Assembly (NCBI GenBank): GCA_900617105.1
Contig: UYFQ01000001.1
Coordinates: forward strand, 1,054,001 to 1,118,000
Source: Hydrurus foetidus
Taxonomy: Eukaryota
DNA length: 64,000 nt
Reading direction: 5' to 3'
Below the pieces are notes generated by a model. The model saw only the letters and a program-made list of their open reading frames with translations, was not told the DNA's origin and did not search any database. Shown piece by piece: positions 61,166-64,000 of this stretch (its first letter is position 1; each line of letters opens with the position of its first letter). The translations under genes were made by a program, and so were the position numbers.

Positions 61166-62203
61166 ATGAAAAAGCTTATCGACGGTTTGGCCAATTTAAC
61201 CAGCCTGCGAGATCACGATGCCCTGGATCTAGCACTCACAAAGCTGGTGCAAACCTTGCCTCAGCCGCACCCTGTCAGTGTGCGGTTGGTGCGCATTGTG
61301 GGGGAGCCCAATGACCAGCGTTGCATGACGTGCGTCCTGCTGGGGGCACAAGGCGCAGAGCCACAACGTGATTCAACATGGATAAGCTGGGAGGCATTGC
61401 CTGCCTTGGTGGATTTTCCAGCCCGTCAAGCAGCCATTGGCCGCGAAGAAATTGAATATTCCACCGCGCTTTTACCTACGACGGTTTTTCCTATGGGGGA
61501 AAACAGAGGAACTTCCCTGCTGTTGGAGCTTGAAACGACGCAGCCACTCATGCATGACACTGAGGGCTTGATTCAAAGCGTTTTGCAGGTTTACAAAAAT
61601 CAACTGGGATTGCTAGACTATGGCGAAAAAGACGCGTTGACTGATCTGCTGAACCGCAAAACGTTCAACGGTGCTTTCTTCAAAGCAGCGGCAGACCAAG
61701 ACACCGTGAGCGAACTGGGTCACCCAGACCGTCGCATGAAGAGCGAAGGCCCTAGCTATTGGCTGGCGGTGTTGGACATTGACCACTTTAAACATGTCAA
61801 CGACAATTTTGGCCACTTGATTGGTGACGAAGTGCTGCTGCTGCTGGCGCAACTCATGCGCAGCAGTTTTCGCTTCCACGACCAGCTGTACCGCTTTGGA
61901 GGTGAAGAGTTTGTGGTAATGATGCGCTGTGCTTCGCACAGCGATGCCGTTTCTACGCTGGAACGCTTCCGCTGCCTGGTGGAGTCGCATGCTTTCCCGC
62001 AGGTGGGTACGATCACCATCAGTACAGGGTTCGCCGCATTGGCCAACGATGACACGCCAAGTGATGCGTTTGGCCGAGCTGACAAGGCGGTGTACTACGC
62101 CAAAGGCCATGGCCGTAACCAAGTGTGCAGCTACCTGGAACTTGTGAAGGCGGGTGAACTGGTCGAGCAGGTGGTAGAAACCCAAGATGTTGATTTTTTT
62201 TAA
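61166..62203 (+). CDS. Diguanylate cyclase (GGDEF), copy 2
   Basis: 345 aa; 12 amino-acid differences from copy 1; GGEEF and RxxD intact. Confidence 0.93.
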   Translation: MKKLIDGLANLTSLRDHDALDLALTKLVQTLPQPHPVSVRLVRIVGEPNDQRCMTCVLLGAQGAEPQRDSTWISWEALPALVDFPARQAAIGREEIEYSTALLPTTVFPMGENRGTSLLLELETTQPLMHDTEGLIQSVLQVYKNQLGLLDYGEKDALTDLLNRKTFNGAFFKAAADQDTVSELGHPDRRMKSEGPSYWLAVLDIDHFKHVNDNFGHLIGDEVLLLLAQLMRSSFRFHDQLYRFGGEEFVVMMRCASHSDAVSTLERFRCLVESHAFPQVGTITISTGFAALANDDTPSDAFGRADKAVYYAKGHGRNQVCSYLELVKAGELVEQVVETQDVDFF

Positions 62204-62234
62204 CCAACTAACGCTCTTACTTTGATAGCTTACT

Positions 62235-63110
62235 GTGCATAAATTTTCTTTGCTTAATGCAGTTTTTATCGTCAGCGTTATCACGAGCGTCCGTGTGCAG
62301 GCTGTACCGCTGGAACAAGCCCAGTTCACGAGCTTAGACGGCACGTCACTTACAGCGTGGCTGGCATTACCTGATACCAGCAACACAACCAATGCGACAA
62401 AGCCTGTTGCAACGGTCGTGGCGCTGCATGGTTGTGGTGGCTTGTTCGCCACCACCGGCCCTCGCCAGGGGCTGCTGAATGCCCGTCACCAAGCGATGGC
62501 TGACAGGCTGGTGGGGGAAGGTTATGCGGTGCTGTTCCCTGACAGTCTGACTTCACGCGGTGTGCGCGAACTCTGTACCCAAAAAATCGGCAGCCGCAGC
62601 ATCACCCAGCGTGAACGCCGCCGCGATGCGCTTGCCGCCCTGAACTGGGTACGTCAGCAATCTTGGGGGCAAACGGGAGGTGTTGCGCTCTTGGGGTGGT
62701 CGCACGGTGGCAGTGCGGTGCTAGCGGCAACCGATGCCAACCAGCCCGAAGTCGCTGCTCAAAAAAGTCCTTTTAAAACAGCAATTGCTTTCTACCCTGG
62801 TTGCGCAGCAGCATTGAAGAGTGGCTACCAGCCCAATACCACGCTCACGATGCTGGTGGGTGAAAAAGACGACTGGACACCCGCAGCCCCTTGCATTGCA
62901 TTAGGCAAGACCGTAGGTGCCAGCGTCACGGTTTACCCTGACAGTTACCATGATTTTGACAATCCTGTAGGCACAGTTCGCTTGCGAACCGATGTGCCGA
63001 ACGGCGTTAACCCAGGACAGGGTGTGCATGTCGGGGCAAACCCCGTAGCGCGCGAAGCTGCCAATACCGAGGTGTTGTCTCGGTTAAAGGCGGCTTTCAA
63101 CAGTCTCTGA
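62235..63110 (+). CDS. Dienelactone hydrolase-family alpha/beta hydrolase, exported
   Basis: LHGCGG, GWSHGG, AFYPGC, GEKDDWTPA, YPDSYHDFD. Confidence 0.85.
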   Translation: MHKFSLLNAVFIVSVITSVRVQAVPLEQAQFTSLDGTSLTAWLALPDTSNTTNATKPVATVVALHGCGGLFATTGPRQGLLNARHQAMADRLVGEGYAVLFPDSLTSRGVRELCTQKIGSRSITQRERRRDALAALNWVRQQSWGQTGGVALLGWSHGGSAVLAATDANQPEVAAQKSPFKTAIAFYPGCAAALKSGYQPNTTLTMLVGEKDDWTPAAPCIALGKTVGASVTVYPDSYHDFDNPVGTVRLRTDVPNGVNPGQGVHVGANPVAREAANTEVLSRLKAAFNSL

Positions 63111-63182
63111 TGGTTCCTAATAGCCCCTGGCTGCTGTTTTATATGAAGCTCAAGAACCTTTAGTACGTAACATATTCCGTTT

Positions 63183-64000
63183 ATGAACACCATGATTGCG
63201 TTCGCACAAAGGGTATGCCGAATCGGACTTTTCTGGAGTGCGTTACTCAGCCTGTCTGTTGTGGCTCAAGATATCCCCAATGGGCAGGGTTTGCGTGTCA
63301 ATGGTTTTGGCACATTGGGTATCTTGCACGATGCCACTGATTTTGGTGGCAGCTTTCGCCGCGAATTGTCTCAACCTATTCCCGCGCCAGGCACGCATGT
63401 GCGTACCGACAGCCGCTTGGGTGTACAGCTCAACTACGCCGTCAACCCGCAATGGGAAATGGTCGGGCAGGTTGTGCTGAAAGACCGCGCATCGCCTTAC
63501 CCTGCCAGCGATGCTGTGGAGTGGGCCTTTCTCGCCTACCGCCCTCGACCTGACATAAGCCTGCGGCTTGGGCGTACCAGCCCAGATTTGTTTTTGATGT
63601 CAGACTACCGGAATGTAGGTTTTGCTTACGCGACTGCGCGTCCTGCGATTGATTTTTACAGCCACCTAGCTTTAGCTGTACTTGACGGTGCCGATCTCTC
63701 TAAAACCTGGATGTTGGATGATGTGCAGTGGCGTGCCAAGGTGTTTGCGGGCAAAAGTACCTACCATGCAACTGGGGGGCAGGCCGGTACTGTGAAGGGG
63801 GATGTGAGGGACTTGGTAGGGCTGATGCTGGCACGCGAACACGATGGCTTGCTGCTGCGAGCGACTTTGACCAAGTCGCGTATTAATTTCAACATAGCGG
63901 GTGTGTCTGATTTGCAGTTGGGCTTAGACAGCTTGGGGGGTGTGCCTGAGCCGGCAGTGGCTGCGCAAGCGGCTGAATTGCGCAAAAATGTTTTATCGGG
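63183..64000 (+). CDS. Outer-membrane porin-like protein, partial (runs off the window edge)
   Basis: Manual translation: signal peptide, LRVNGFGTLG, DSRLGVQLNY, VEWAFLAY, LRLGR..PDLFLMSDYRNVGFAY; alternative start 63192. Confidence 0.65.
   Translation, partial: MNTMIAFAQRVCRIGLFWSALLSLSVVAQDIPNGQGLRVNGFGTLGILHDATDFGGSFRRELSQPIPAPGTHVRTDSRLGVQLNYAVNPQWEMVGQVVLKDRASPYPASDAVEWAFLAYRPRPDISLRLGRTSPDLFLMSDYRNVGFAYATARPAIDFYSHLALAVLDGADLSKTWMLDDVQWRAKVFAGKSTYHATGGQAGTVKGDVRDLVGLMLAREHDGLLLRATLTKSRINFNIAGVSDLQLGLDSLGGVPEPAVAAQAAELRKNVLS

Larger units (their letters stand above)
59886..62600 (+). repeat. Tandem duplication (units 59886-61111 and 61112-62600)
   Basis: Upstream sequence, gene and downstream sequence repeated at offset 1226; unit 1 lacks the 263 bp equivalent to 62244-62506. 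Confidence 0.92.

Overview
Chromosomal window from a GC-rich betaproteobacterium; gene content and protein sequences suggest Comamonadaceae (Rhodoferax-like), which is an inference. The core backbone comprises the pyruvate dehydrogenase operon (aceE-aceF-proteasome-like gene-lpdA), thrC-mobB-moeA-moaD, argG, smpB/ratA/rnfH, glnD-map, tRNA-Gly(CCC) and alaS. Accessory blocks: (1) a ~5.9 kb integrase-free insertion bounded by a 407-bp duplication of the lpdA 3' end, carrying one 1741-aa protein that fuses a GT4 glycosyltransferase to a STAND/Avs-like NTPase and a long C-terminal region. This is the best candidate for an undescribed (antiphage) system. (2) A Pho-box-preceded lipid-remodelling pair. 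(3) A protocatechuate 4,5-cleavage (lig/pmd) cluster with an embedded tannase/MHETase-family esterase and a signal-less ModA-fold protein. (4) A CqsS-like kinase lacking its phospho-His. (5) A mosaic exopolysaccharide locus (BcsE, TPR/OM protein, PgaC-like GT2, CE4 deacetylase, GH18, AlgF, AlgX/J). (6) A recent tandem duplication of a diguanylate cyclase. A short palindromic motif, GCT(A/C)-N9-(T/G)AGC, recurs in both intergenic and coding DNA. All calls come from motif reading and family recognition by eye; no database searches were run.
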